DNA from: Vicugna vicugna
Lineage: Eukaryota
Direction of reading: 5' to 3'
Assembly (NCBI GenBank): GCA_013265495.1
Contig: MU057584.1
Span: 722,608 to 786,607, forward strand
Length of the DNA stretch: 64,000 nt
Part shown: positions 1 through 13,200 of the stretch, in pieces
How the letters are laid out: each line of letters starts with the position of its first letter
Position numbering within the stretch: position 1 is the stretch's first letter
Position numbers and translations under genes: made by a program
The notes under the pieces: generated by a model
What the model was told of the DNA's origin: nothing
Database searches by the model: none
The model's input: the letters and a program-made list of their open reading frames with translations, nothing else

Positions 1-1954
1 CTGTATGAGTTTCACAAGGGGATGCATTCCTAGAAGTGGGATGTCTGAGTTCAAGTCTAGGAGCATTTTCAAATTCCCTTTGAGAATCATTCCATGTATA
101 ACAAAGTGCTTTAGGTGAGATTACAGGGAAATGTGAGGGATCTATTGATCCCATTTTCCTCCTCAGGGCCTCTGGGATATCATGAGCTGCAAGGTGATCT
201 TTGTGGTCCAGGTGGAGGTTGGAACTCAGTGCAGATACCTCTTCCTCCAGGAAGCCCTCCCTGATTCCTAGACAGGGTCAAGGAACCCTTGGGCTTCTCT
301 AGTCCTCCTGAGCTTCCCAACTCTAGCCTTGACCACTCTGGATGACAGATGTGTCTCCTCCTTGGACTGTCAGTTCCATAAGGGTAGGGCCAAGGCTGTC
401 AAGGTCACCACGGTGTCCCCAGCACCATCCTGCACAGGGTTGGACACAGAGGATGAACTTGGATATATGAATAGGTTGACAGATGGAATGAATTTATAGG
501 AATAGAGAGAGTCAGGACTCAGAGGGGACAGGACTCAGCACCCAGGGACCCAGAGAGGAGGCAGAGAGGCTCAGAGAAGAGAATGAAGACTTGAGGATTG
601 GGAAGGGGTTTCTGGAAAGAGACAGGGTCTCAAGGGGAGAGACAGAGACTTAGAGAGGGGTGGCATCTCAGGGAGAGGCATGGAGACTCAGAGAGGTGGC
701 TGGGGTTCAGGCTGGCGAGGGTCACGGGTGCCCCGACAGCAGGTGGAAGTTGCAGAAGGCCTGGAAGCTGAGGCTCCAAGGGAGAGTGGGAGCTCGGTAA
801 GTTTCCTCTTTTATTCCCCCTCTTCCTGTGGACAGCAAAGTCCAGGCTTGTCTCCCTCCTCAAACCAACTACTCAGATCTGGAGGGCTGGGGAGGGGCCC
901 AAGGGCTCTGCTGGGTGGGCCCTGGACATCCTTGTTCTCTCCCCTAAACCTCTGGGGCCTCCTCCACCCTGTTCGGGTGCTTTGATGGGGCTGCCTTAGA
1001 GCTCAGCAGAAAATAACCCTCCTGGGTACACAATTTGTCAGAAAGGCATTGGGCCGAAAAGGAGGGTCCTGACCCTCTCTTGGTGGGGACGGAGGGGAGA
1101 GGGCAGGTGGATCCCAACCCCTTGTGCCTCTCCTTTCCCAGAATTTCCTGCCCAGGTGCCTTTCTGGTCCTGGCTGCAATTTCTCATTTTGATGAAGTTG
1201 AATTATCCTGGTCCCAGTTGAATCAACCCCAGTCTGAGCAGAGGGCACAGCCACCTGGAGACTGCCTTCTGCCCTTTCTCCTACCCTGGACCATGGTCAT
1301 GGCCCATAGGGGTAGTCCCCTCCCCATCTGGCTCCATCTCTTTTCTCTCCAATGATGGGGCTGCTCAGCTACTTGGGTGGGTGACCAGAAAAGTTCAAAT
1401 CCCAGCCTCTGCCTGTAACATACAGTTGGTACCTAACTTTCTGAGCCTGCTTCCTGCCTGAAAGAAACAGTCCCCTTTCCTAGGGCCAGGGGCCGGTGCC
1501 ATGAGATGCTATGCATTTAAGATACAGTCAGGGAGCTCCTTCCATAGGACACTGGGATTGAACACACCTCCATCTGAGTCCAAAGAGCTAATGTTTTCCG
1601 AGCACTTTCCATGGGTTGGGATCTGGGCCAAATGCCTCACACACCTTCTCATCGCTGAGCCCTCCCAGCCTGCTCACTTTTGTTGTCAGAGCCTGGGGTG
1701 TGCAGGTGGGGCTCTGCTCCTGGCACTTGTTGGATGGTGACCTTAGCTGCATTCCTGCCCCCGTCTGGGCCTCTGGTTCCAAATCTGCAGTGAATCTGTT
1801 GAGTGAATCCTCGGGAACATGGTACTTGGCATGCATTTGGTACTATTAAGACCCTTTCCCCCATTTCCCAAAAGTGGAAACTGAGGCTCAGAGTAGGATT
1901 AGAACATCTCAGGGGACCGAGAAAATGCTTGCAATCTAGAGAAAAGTGGGGCAG

Positions 1955-2680
1955 CATATTCATAATCAAAAAGTAGAAACAGCCTAAATGTCTGTCAGCT
2001 GATACATGGATAAACAAATTGGAGTATCGCCATGTTGTGGAATATTATTCAGCCTTTAAAAAGATGGAAGTCCTTCCATTGGTGACAATACGGGTGGACC
2101 TGGAAGCCATCATGCTAAGTGAAATTAACCAGTCACAGAAGGACAAGTTCTGCATGATTCCACTTACATGAGACATTTAAAAGTCACAGAGACAGAGAAG
2201 AGGATGGTGGCTCCAGGGGATGGGAGGAAGGGGGTAGGGGGAGTAGTTTAATGAGCATAAAGTTACAGTTACACAAGATGAGTGAGTTCCAGCACTCTGC
2301 TGTACCACAGCGTGCCTACAGTTAACACTACTGTGCTGTGCACTTAAAAGTGTGTTAAGAGGGTAGATCTCATGTTAAGCGTTCTTAACACACACACACA
2401 CACACACACACAAGGACCATGTAGTGTGCGGTTTTGAAATGTCCAGAACAGGCAAATCTACAGACAAAAAGTAGACTAGTGGCTGCCAGGGCCGGAGGGG
2501 GATATAGGGCTTGTGTTGATGATTAAGGGATGCAAGGCTTCTTTTGAGGGGTGATGAAAATGTTCTAGAATGAACCGCGATGATGGTTGCAACAGTCTAT
2601 GAACATACGAAGGGCGACTGAACTGTGCACTTTAAGGGGATGAATTGTCTGGTGCCTAAATTATGTTTCAAAACAGCCAT
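1955..2680 (+). mobile_element. Old L1 3'-end fragments (L1MA/L1MB-like), separated by (CA)n
   Basis: Typical L1 3' motifs: ATGCTAAGTGAAAT..CCAGTCACAGAAGGACAA, GATTCCACTTA, GGGTGATGAAAATGTTCTA. Confidence 0.8.
2388..2412. repeat. (CA)n microsatellite
   Basis: About 12 units, read directly. Confidence 0.95.
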
Positions 2681-3629
2681 TTTTAAGCAGGGCACCAAAA
2701 TCTGAAAAGCACTCTGCCAAACTGAGATGAATACAGCTCTCATTACATGCCTACAAACTGCCCTTTGTTAATTCAATTCCTCTCTTGTATATCAATGCTA
2801 CAGAAAGTGTTATTTTAGGACGTGGAGTGAGGAGTGTATGTCCTCTGGACATCTCACCTTGTCCTGGGCAGAGAGGTTAAGCAGTACCTCAGAGAGGGAT
2901 AGGAACCACACCCCAGAGAGGGTCAGCTTCCTGCTCAGCGTCATACAACCCTGGGGCTCCAAGAGTCCTGAGTTCCCACCTTCAAACGTGAGTTCAAATG
3001 TGCGTGAGGTTCCAACCCCAACCTCCACACTGACCCCTGACTGCCTCCTCCTTCCGATTTCGCAGGGAAGAAAAAAAAAAAAGAGCCACACCAGGAAGCA
3101 TCCATCACAAGCTGTCCAACTGGGCCGGAGGGGCAGAGGTCAGCAAGGAGGTGACCTCAAGGTCTCCGTGGGGACCAGGATCCGGCGGGGCTGGGGGTGA
3201 GTGGCTGGAACTTTTCCCACCCTGAGATTTTCCTGCGTCAACCCAGGAGGGCGCCCTGGATGCCGCCAGCCCTGCCCCCAACCTCCTTCCTCTTCTGATA
3301 CAGCTTCCCGGTGAAGGACGGGGGAGGGGCGGGGGCTGCCAAGGTGGAACCACTCCACCCAGAAAGGAAGGCGCTTTGCGACTGACCAAAATGAGGGGCC
3401 CCAGCTCAGAGAGGCCAAGGGCCTGCCGGGGAGTCACGCAGCCCTGGGGACTTAGTATAAACAAGGCGGCCCTGCTGGGCCTCCCTCGCCCTCCACTGCC
3501 CTGCCCGAGAGTTGGACCCCAGCCCGGCCGTGGGCGTGTGAGAAGCCCTTGGCCCTGGGCCCTGCCCCCGGCCCTTCCTCCCCCCACACACTGGGGACTC
3601 AGCCCTTCCTTGTGTTAAATAGAAACCTC

Positions 3630-3635
3630 TTTATT
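3630..3635 (-). terminator. EXOC3L2: EXOC3L2 polyadenylation signal AATAAA
   Basis: TTTATT on the + strand ~330 nt past the stop codon. Confidence 0.8.
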
Positions 3636-3967
3636 CTAAGTATCGTACGTTCCTTAATACATTGGCTTGAGGCCAGACCTTGAGGTGAGGGGAAAGGGGG
3701 GGCTTGGGATATTTCTGGAGAGCCTTCCAAAACGCCACGCACCACACACTGGGCTAGAGAGGTGGTGCTGGGGGCGGGCTTCGTGGCCGTGGACAAGTCC
3801 TGCTCCTTCGGGCCTGTTTCTCTTCTGGACAGGGCGTTTGAGGGTAGGTGAGGAGACCCTGAAGGATCTCTCCCGCCCAGAGGTCTGTGGTCCCAGGCAG
3901 GGAGCCAGGAGGACGGTTTGTCAGCAGCAGAGATGTGGGGTGGTGCCCAGGCGGAGCCTGGAGTGTC

Positions 3968-4241
3968 TCAGTGCTGGGCCCGGGGCCGTGATGCGGACGG
4001 AGGCCGAGGCCAGGGCAGATGGGCCAGCCGGGAGAGGGGGATGCAGCCCAGGGAGAGAGGGAGGCTGAGGCAGAAAGGTGGCCGGGGCACAGGGATGTCT
4101 GCGAAGAAGGCATGGTCCCGAGAGGGTGACAGAGCTCCCCCCTCTGACAGTTCCAGGTCCCGGGCCACCGCCAGGATCTCATGGCGGGCAACTGTGTGGC
4201 GCAGGCCACGGATGTCGAGGAGGGTGGCCACGTGCTTCTGC
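3968..4241 (-). CDS. EXOC3L2: EXOC3L2 last coding exon ([14 protein letters not shown]...RPRAQH*)
   Basis: ccacag acceptor; TGA at 3970-3968; followed by a ~330-nt 3'UTR. Confidence 0.95.
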
Positions 4242-7200
4242 CTGTGGGTAGAGGAGAGGACAGGTGCATGGGGCTCTCTGATTCAGACACACTCCCAGCC
4301 CACCTGTGGACCCCACCTAATCTGTTCCAGAACCTGTCTTAGCTCTAGAGCCCCTCTCCTCCTCCAATACCAGTCCTCCAAAGTGCCACCCCTCCCGCCA
4401 GGCCCCCTAGATCCCACCTCCATCCCAGCCCTCCTCCAGAACTCCCCTCCCAACCATTTCCAAATCCTCCTACTCACCACGGATGTCAGAGCCCTCACTT
4501 CCAAACCCAGCACAAAAATCTTCCTTTGCACCCCATCTGAGTTCCTAATTATTTAAATAACCTTCAATCTTCACCCCCGACTTAGCTCAGATAGCTCCTA
4601 AATTTCCATTCTGGTACCTTCACACCTGTTTAAGCTCTGGACTCTGTAGCAACCTGAACGTCATCTTCACTTTCATCACGAACAGCCCCACATCAGCACT
4701 CAAATCTAGGCTGGAAATGCTCACCACACCCCCATCCTAACCCTCACCTCACCCCAAGGCCAGGGCTGGAACCTTCTTCACCATTACAGTTCCAGAGCCC
4801 TCATCCAAATTCTGACCCTGGAACACTCACTTCACCCCTAATCCATTCCTGGAATTGTTCTCAACCAAAAGTCTACTCCAGAACTTAAAATTCACCTTGG
4901 GGACCCACACTCCAACTAGAAACTAGGTGCTCAAAACGAACTCTATTCCACAATCCTTGCACCTAAATCTAACACAATGGAACTTTCCCTTCACCCAATC
5001 TCAACTCTAGATCAAGGATCCAACACTCAACTCTAGAACCACTATCTGATTCTAACTCGAAATCCTGAACCCAACATTCTTTTCCAGAACTTTCATTTCA
5101 AACAGAGCTCTGGAGTCTTCACCACCTCCCTTCACCCAGCTCAGTGCCTTCACCCTCCCACATCCCAAGTTTGGAATCTCCACAGCTCCAAAACACTCAT
5201 CCAAAATGGGGCTCGAGAACCTGCTAGCTTAACTGAGCTACAAAACATGGCCCCCAAAACTCAGCTCTGGAACCCCTCCCTGCAGCCCAGCTGGAGACCT
5301 TTCAAACTGAGCTTCGTGTTCAAATTCTGATTCAAGTTCAGAAGCCTCAATCCAGCAGGAGTGCTGGGACCCTGGCCTCTGTGCTTTTCCAAGGACATGA
5401 GCCCCACATCTCAGAACCAGAACCATGCATCCTGAATCAGTTCCAGAATCCTCACCTTCAACCCCACGCCCTCAACCCTGGCTGATGCATCACTCCCGGG
5501 TCCTGTGGGGTTTGTCTCTCTGAGTGGAGAACGTCTGTCTGCCTGACTCGCACTGCAAGAGTGCCACCACTGCCACCACCGCTTACAAGCGGCAGTGTTG
5601 TGTGGTGGTCAAGGGCACCAGCTTTAGAGCCTGCTGCCTGGGTTCATGTCCCGCCTTTGCTGCTTGCTTGCTAGCTGTGGCATTTGGGGTAAGCTACTTA
5701 ATTTCTGCCTGACTTGGATGGTACCAAGGACTTAGAGCAGTGAGGCCTTTTACTTGTAAATATTTTCCAAAAATAGCTTTTATTCTAAAATAACCCTTTC
5801 TAATAGGGTGGGTGTGTAAGATGCTTTCTGAGGTCTGACGTTAGGACTCGAGCAAGAACTGGTATTGTGACTGCTGTCACCATAGATGATGATGCTGATA
5901 GTGGTAATGACCATGACGAATCCCTCAATAATCCTACAAAAAAAGTACTATTGTCCCCACGGAACAGAGGAGGACACTGAGGCTCAGAGAGGATCACGGA
6001 GAAAGGAAACGGTCCCTCAGGATCTGAATGGCGCCTGCCACCGTCCCAGTGCGTGTGCGCCCGTGTGCCCGTGCGTGTCCCCATGTCCCCCGCGGCTCCC
6101 CTGCTGGGCCGGCCCTTTCCTGCCGCCAGGCGGCCCCGCGCCCCCCTGCCCTGGGCTTCCTGTGACTGCTTGTTTGTTTGCGAGCCTTGGTGGCGGCGGC
6201 AGCAGCGACGGCGGCGGCAGGAGAAGGAGGGAAATCGTATTAATAATGCCCTGGTTCCAGCAGGAAACGGCCGTCAGACACGCTCGCCGCCTCCCTCCCT
6301 CGCCCAAGAGGCAGGAAACGCAGGGACGGATGCCAAGGCTCACCGGGAGACCTCGGCCTGGCGGCAGCGCGGGCAACAAGGAACCAAGCCGGCGTGGGGG
6401 TGGGGATCTCACCTGATGTCTGGGTAGTCCCGCACCAGCATCCCCACCTCCATCTGGATGCTGGGCGTGTCTTCCAGATGCAGAACTTCGGCCAAACGGG
6501 GCACCACGGCGTCCAGCCACGAGGCCTGGGACTCCTGCAGAAAATGCCTGGCTTACACTCTCGCCCCAATCAACACCCACCCCTCAAAACCACAGCCTCC
6601 CAAGACCTCGCCTCTCCCGGCAGTCTTGTCCTTAAAACCGGGCAGAGGGCAGACTATGGTCAGAGGTGACCTGGAAACTTTGGAAATTTGAAGGAGCACC
6701 CATAATATAATCTACTCCTGGTTTTGCAGATAATCTGGGGCTCGGGGACACCCCTCAAAACCTATTCCAAGTTTGCAAAATGTTACCATCGGGGAAACCG
6801 AATATGGTATGCCAGAGGTCTCTCTGCACTCTTTCCTACGTGAATCTACAATTCTTTCCCCTCCTCCGAAAAAACTTTTTTTTAATTCCAAGGGCTCTCG
6901 GCTAGAAACTCCCAGAATAGCCACTAAGTGAGGCTTTTCCGGTCCTGCTGATTGCAACTGGGTACAAACAAGATTTGGTGATTTTAAATGCTTGGATTTG
7001 GGAACGCTAGCATTCTGAGTTTCTGTTGCATTTAGCTTTTATCTGTGCTCATAGTAATAGCTAACGTTCAGGACCCCAGATCCTAAGACTTTACTGAAAC
7101 TTAACTGATTTAATCCCCATAGCAATGCATAGGGACCATTTTTCTTATTCGCGCCTAGAGCGAACTCTCACCTCGAGAAAGCCGATTTTTACCCGCAGAG

Positions 7201-10200
7201 GGTAAAGATCAGAGTGCTACTATTGGCTGAAAGTTGGGTGAGGGGCTTATTCTAAGCCCCCTTCCCTGGGTATCGAGTCCGGGGATTCCCGGAAGCCAAG
7301 GGGTTTCCGCGGTTTCGGAGCCCCCGCCCCCGCGCCGCACTTACCAGGCGCCTGAACAGCCTCTGCAGCTGCGCCGCGTCCTCCCGGAGCCTCCCGGCCA
7401 CGCGGCTGCGGGTCCGCGTGGAGCCGCAGCGCAGGCGCCCGCGAAACAGGGGCCGCACGTACTCGATCAGCGCCCGCCGGTGCAGCTCGGCCACCAGCGC
7501 CTGGCGACCCGGGAAGATGCGAGGAGGTGTGAACTGCCGGTTACCCCCTCTCCCCGCTTCCAACCGCCCGTGCCCACGCGGGGCATCCAACGGGAACCCC
7601 GCCCCGCCCCCAGCCCCCTGGCAGCCCTCTGGTCTCCCAATGGGTGACCCCTGACCTGTCCCCCCAGTCAGCACGCGGACTCCCCCTACCGGCCCCCAAA
7701 GAGTGCCCCCATGTCAGCCCTCTCCGCTTTGCCCCCCTCCTCCCCCTCAACCCCGCACTCCTCCCCGCACAAGCAGACGCACCTGGTAAGGCTCATCCTG
7801 CATCCTGCGCAGGGCCAGGGCCTTAGCGCCCAGCGTGCCCACGATGCCATCCAGGGCCTCAGAGCTGCTCAGCCACTTCCTGCGCATCAGCTTGTTGAAG
7901 TGCGGCTGGGAGACGGAGTGGGGAGAGGGTCGTCACTCTCCTTCCTTCTGCCCACTTTGTGTGGTTTCACCATTCAACATTTGCTCCCCAAACCATGCTC
8001 CCAGCTGAACCAGGGCTGTGCGATGCTGAGGACACAGCAGTGACAGAGACAGCCTGGCCCTGCCCTCCTGAGGTTCACAGTCCAGAAGGGAAGACAGACC
8101 TGTCCCCAAATAGTGACAACCCAGAGGGGTAATGCCTGGAAGGAGGGAGCCCAGGGGTACAGGAAACCCAGAGGAGAGGCCTGAGTCAGCACAGCCAAGG
8201 AGGGCTTCCTGGAGGAGAGGGCATCAGAGCTCAGGCCCGTAAGATAATTATTAGTCAAGTGAAGGATGGGAGAGGGAGTGGCTCAAGCAGAGAGGAAAGC
8301 CAGTGTGAAGAAGGTTCAGATTTCAGATGGACCAGGAAGAAGGTCAGTGTGGGTGGTAGGACCATCTGTATAATTCACAGGCCTGATGTAAAATGAAAAT
8401 GGGAGACTTTTGTTCAAATATTAAGAACATCAAGACAGAGACAGCAGAGCTTTACCAAGCTAGGGCCCTTCTAAGTGGTGGGGGCAGGGGATGTATGACT
8501 AAATAGTGAAGAGATGGGGTTAGCCAGGTCAACAGAGCAGAGCCCACAGGCCTCCTGGACTGAATGAGCAGCCCTAGATTTCTTGTGAGAGCACTGGGGA
8601 GCCATGGCAGGTTCTAAGCAGGAGAGGGAGAGGGTCAGCTTTGTGCTTCACCCAAATGGATGGGAGGGAGCAAGACTGAGGCAGAAATGGGGGGTCTGCA
8701 AAGGGGAAAGGAGAATGCAGGTGATCCATTCATAGGATGGAGTAAGTGGCCACCTGTCGGGGGAGGGGAAGGAGGCATCTGGATCCTAGAGGTGGGCTGA
8801 TGGGAAGTGGGTCTGTCCCTGAGATGGAGGCTGGGAGGAGCAACGGGGAGATGCTGCAGTCGGGTGGACAATGGGAGTGTAAGGACACCTCTAGGGCTGC
8901 AGTCCATGGGGGTCTGAAGCAGTTTCCTATCCCACTCAACAGCACCTCTTTCCTGATCTGTCATCCCCAGTTTTCTGAACCTCCAAAAATGAGGCCTGAG
9001 AGCTTTTGTTGACAAGCACGTGCCAATTAAATGAGCCGATGCTCCTGGTACAGCACTCGACTCAGACTTTATTGCTGTTGCTATAAAGTCTACACATTTA
9101 TGAAGATCACAATGGCCAATACCCAAGGGCCAGGACCCAGGCTAAGCACTTTCTGTCCACAAGCCCATTGCTTCCTCCCAGCCATCTGAGAAGACTGGCA
9201 TTCCTGTGCCCATTTTCCAGATGAGCAAACAGAGATCCCAAGAGGAAAGTCACTTGCCCAAGTACCCCTATCTGGAAGCAGCATAGCTGGGCCCACTCAC
9301 TGACTTTCTTTCCCATACTTGTTCATTTAGTCATTCAACAAACACTCTCTGAACCCTTTCTGTGGCCCAGCCCTGGGTGGATCACTGGGGACACATCAGG
9401 GAATGCCTGGGGACATAGTGCAAAATAAGATAAACAAAACTCTAAGTGCTTGCTAATCATAAATAGTTGAGGAAATCTGAATTCTGATCTGATATTTGGT
9501 GATATGAAGGAATGACCGTTTCATCTGTTAGGTATGAGAATGGCATTGTGGTTATGTTTGTTTAAAAGGGATGAGTTCCTTATCTCTCAGAGATACAGGC
9601 TGACGTGGTGATGGATGATACAAGGTGTCAAGAATACAGTGGGCAGGAGGGGCAGGGGAAGAGATGGAGCTGATACTTGCTGGAGTCCATCCACCAGAGG
9701 TCATTCTGTCTACTTTTGTGTGTATTTGAAAATTTTCCATAATAAAGCTATTTTAGAAACATTCCAACAAATCCTTGCCCTTGAGAAGCTAACATTCCAA
9801 TGGGAGGAGACGGATTGGGGGGGGAGCAAAGGATGTAGCATGGCAGGTGGTGATAAGTGCTCTGGAGACAAATAGAGCGGTGGGGGGTGTGGGCATCTCA
9901 GGGGCTTCTACTTTAAATAGGACAGTCAGGGGAGATCCTTCTGAAAAGGTGACTTTTGAGTCAAAACTTGAAAGAGGTGAGAGAAGGAGCTCTGTGGGTA
10001 TTAGAAGGGAGAGTAGTCCAGGCAGAGGGCATGGCAGGTGCAAAGGTACTGAGGTTGGAATGCCATGTTAAGGAGCAGCAATGGGGTGGATGTGGCTGGA
10101 GTAGAATAAGCAAGTGGGAAAGTGGGAGGAGGTGAGGTCAGAGAGGGAAAGGGCAGACCATGCAGGGCCTTGGGGACCATGGCAAGGACGTTGGCTTTTG

Positions 10201-13200
10201 CCCTGAGTGAGCTGGGAGCCATGGAGGGTTCTAGGCGGAAGAGGAACATGTTCTGATGTACAACATGGATTGAGCAAATGTTACAACATGCACACACGCC
10301 TCAGTACCCCCTCCATACTCCCACCAGCTTCCCCACCCCAAGTACGCTCACCCACCTCTGAACCTAGTCCCCTCTGGGCATGCGCAGGAGCCTAGAGATG
10401 AGTGAATGGGGCTCTAGAGTCTAGGAGAGGCTGGCCAGGAATTTGGGGGACCTCAGTGAGGAGGGGCTCCATCCAGCCCCCAAGGCCCTTTCCTGCTGAT
10501 GGCTCTCTGTCCTCCCCCCTATCATATCCTCCCACCTCTTCCTTCCTGCACCCTTCTCTGTCCCCTCAAATGGCCAGACATAGCCATCACCCTCCCCACC
10601 CTATCTGTTTCCCCAACACTGACTCATGAGCTGAAAGGAACTGCAGGATTGAGTGGGGATGCTCCCCTGTCCTGGCACTGGCCCCACCCCAGCCCACTGC
10701 CTTCCTCACCTGCAACTCCTGGAACAGCAGGTCGGTCAGGACACGGTGGCAGAGCCGGGTCACACGATCCAGAGCACTGGCAGCTGCTTCCCGGGCCGGC
10801 TCACTTTCAGGGGGCCCCACCCGGGCCAGGCGCTCCGCCAGAGCCCTTTAGGGATCAGTAGAGCCAAAAGTCAAGGAGCCCCAACATCTCACCCCCACTG
10901 CCTGGACCTGTCTCCCCAGAGATAGACCCTATTTTGTGGGGCACCAGGGTGACAGGTCAGATGGGAAGCTGAGGAAAGTCAGGGGCTTTGGGGAGGTCCT
11001 GGGGGCTGAGAGGTATCAGAGGATGTCTGGAGAGTTGGGGGTCGTGGGGGCCCTGAAATGTCTAGGAGGCTTAAAGATGTAGTGAGAGGGAAGGGGTCTC
11101 TCTGGGTCTCTGTATCTCTTGATGTTTTCTGGGTGAGAATGGGGATGCTTCCATTCTAAAAATCTGTGATATTCTAAAGGACTCTAAATCTAAAATTTTA
11201 CCCTTTTCATTTTCTGTCATTGTTATATTGATGACCATCTCCATTGCTGAAAGTATAACCTGGTTTGGAGGGCAATTTGGCACTTTCTGCCTAAATCCCA
11301 GCAGACCCCCTTTTGGGAGTGTACCCCCGAGTCCCCACACTTGTGGGGGCTGACAGATGTGCCCAGTTTTTCCCTGCAAAAGAGTAGAGGCAATTGTCCT
11401 TCCATTGGGGACAGCTTAAATAAATGATGATTAATAATAATATGTCTAAACCGTGGAACACAGTTCAGATATGAAAAAGGAATGTGAAACTCTTCAGGCT
11501 CTAACAAAATCTTCCAAGATGTTAAGGGGAAGAGGGCAGAGTGTGTTCAATATTCTTCCACTTGTATTTTTTTTTAAGGAAAAGGAATAATATGTTTGCA
11601 TATAGTTAAATGTATTTACTTGTATGTATGAAATATGCATATGCATGTATATATGTGTATATGCATAAAGTATGCCTATGCATAGATGTACTTATTTACA
11701 TGTATTTACCAGTAAATGTATCAAATGCCCCTGCAATGATATGGGAAACATTAGCAATAACGGGGTTGGGGAGTGTGGGAAGGAGGCTTTTCACTGTGGG
11801 TGCTCTCACCTCAGGAGGGGCCCACAATTGACCAGGGAGATGGTCCTGCTGATATAAGTGTCGGGTAGCAGCTCCCGGACTCCTGGGTTCTCATGGAATC
11901 TTTCCACGCGCTGCTGGAAGCTGGTGGGAGGAGGAGAGGATGGCATGACAGATGGAGTGCTGCAGGATGGGGGTCCCTGGCTGGGCACTCAGCCCAGGCA
12001 AGCCTGTGATCCCCGTGGAGGCAACCCTGCCCACCTGACCTGACACACTTTCATCTCTCCTCTCTCTGTTGAATCCCAGATCCAGATGCCCCGCACCCCC
12101 AGACCTGCGCCCTGCCGCAAGCCGTCCATACCTCTGCAGGAATTCTGCCAGCCCCCCGAGGCAGCAGTGGGCCATCCGCTCCCCAAACTCCTGGCTGATG
12201 CGGGGCGCTCGCTCCGTGTGTTCTTCCAGCAGCTTCATGGTCCAGGGGATGAGAAAGGGTGAAGAGGGAATGAGGTCCCACTCTCCCGCCCAGCGCTGTC
12301 CAGCTGATTCTCCTTCCTCTTCCCTACCCCCTACCTCACACACATCCTGTGCCAGGCTGCTGGACCAGTCCTCCGCACTCCCCCAGTGCTCCTCGTCCTC
12401 CTGTAGCACTCGAAGCAGGGCTGCCCGAGTCTGCGCCTGGAGCGGGGAGGTGGGAGAGAGGCTGGACTCAGGGTGCCTGGGATACTCTCCCTCCCTTTGT
12501 CCCAGCAAGATCTCCACACCTTCGTCCCAAGCAGGCCTGGATTCTACCTGTGAGCTCACCGAGGTAACTCTGGGCAGGAACCTGGACCAGAAAACCACTC
12601 CAGTCACTTCCATTCCTAAGCCTATTATTTGGAACTTGATATTAAGAGTTTGTGGTCTTGAGCCTCCTCCATCTAATAGCCAGAGGGTTTACAGGTTTAT
12701 TCTCTCATTGTCTAATGGTTCTAACAGTCTGCTCTCAGGTTCAGCAAAACACTTTGTTCAAGATTTCCAAATTCTGTGATTCAGGAATTCCAAGGGCCTG
12801 GGATTCTAAGGTTTACACATCTCTGATTCCCTGGCCTTCAGTTCAGTGAGTCTGAAAATCTAGACATGTTCAGTTTGCAGATTCAAAGCTCTCAGGTTGC
12901 AAAGAATTCTGATATCTGTGGCTGGGGCAGGACTGGCTTTCAGATGGGAAACAACCCTGTGGCTGGGCTCGTTGTTTATGGCTGCACCATTCTGCTCAGC
13001 AGTGCCAATGCCCGGCCAATTATTAACCACATTTACTATCCGCCCTGCTTATATGCAGACATGCTTGGATGCCCTCCTTCTGGGACTCTTTGGGTCTGTG
13101 ACTGACTCTCTCTTGCTGTAAGATTTGAAGGGTCCAAATGTATTGAAACTTTACTGTGTGTCCTGACATCTGGCTGGGTGCTTTGGGATGCAACACTGAG

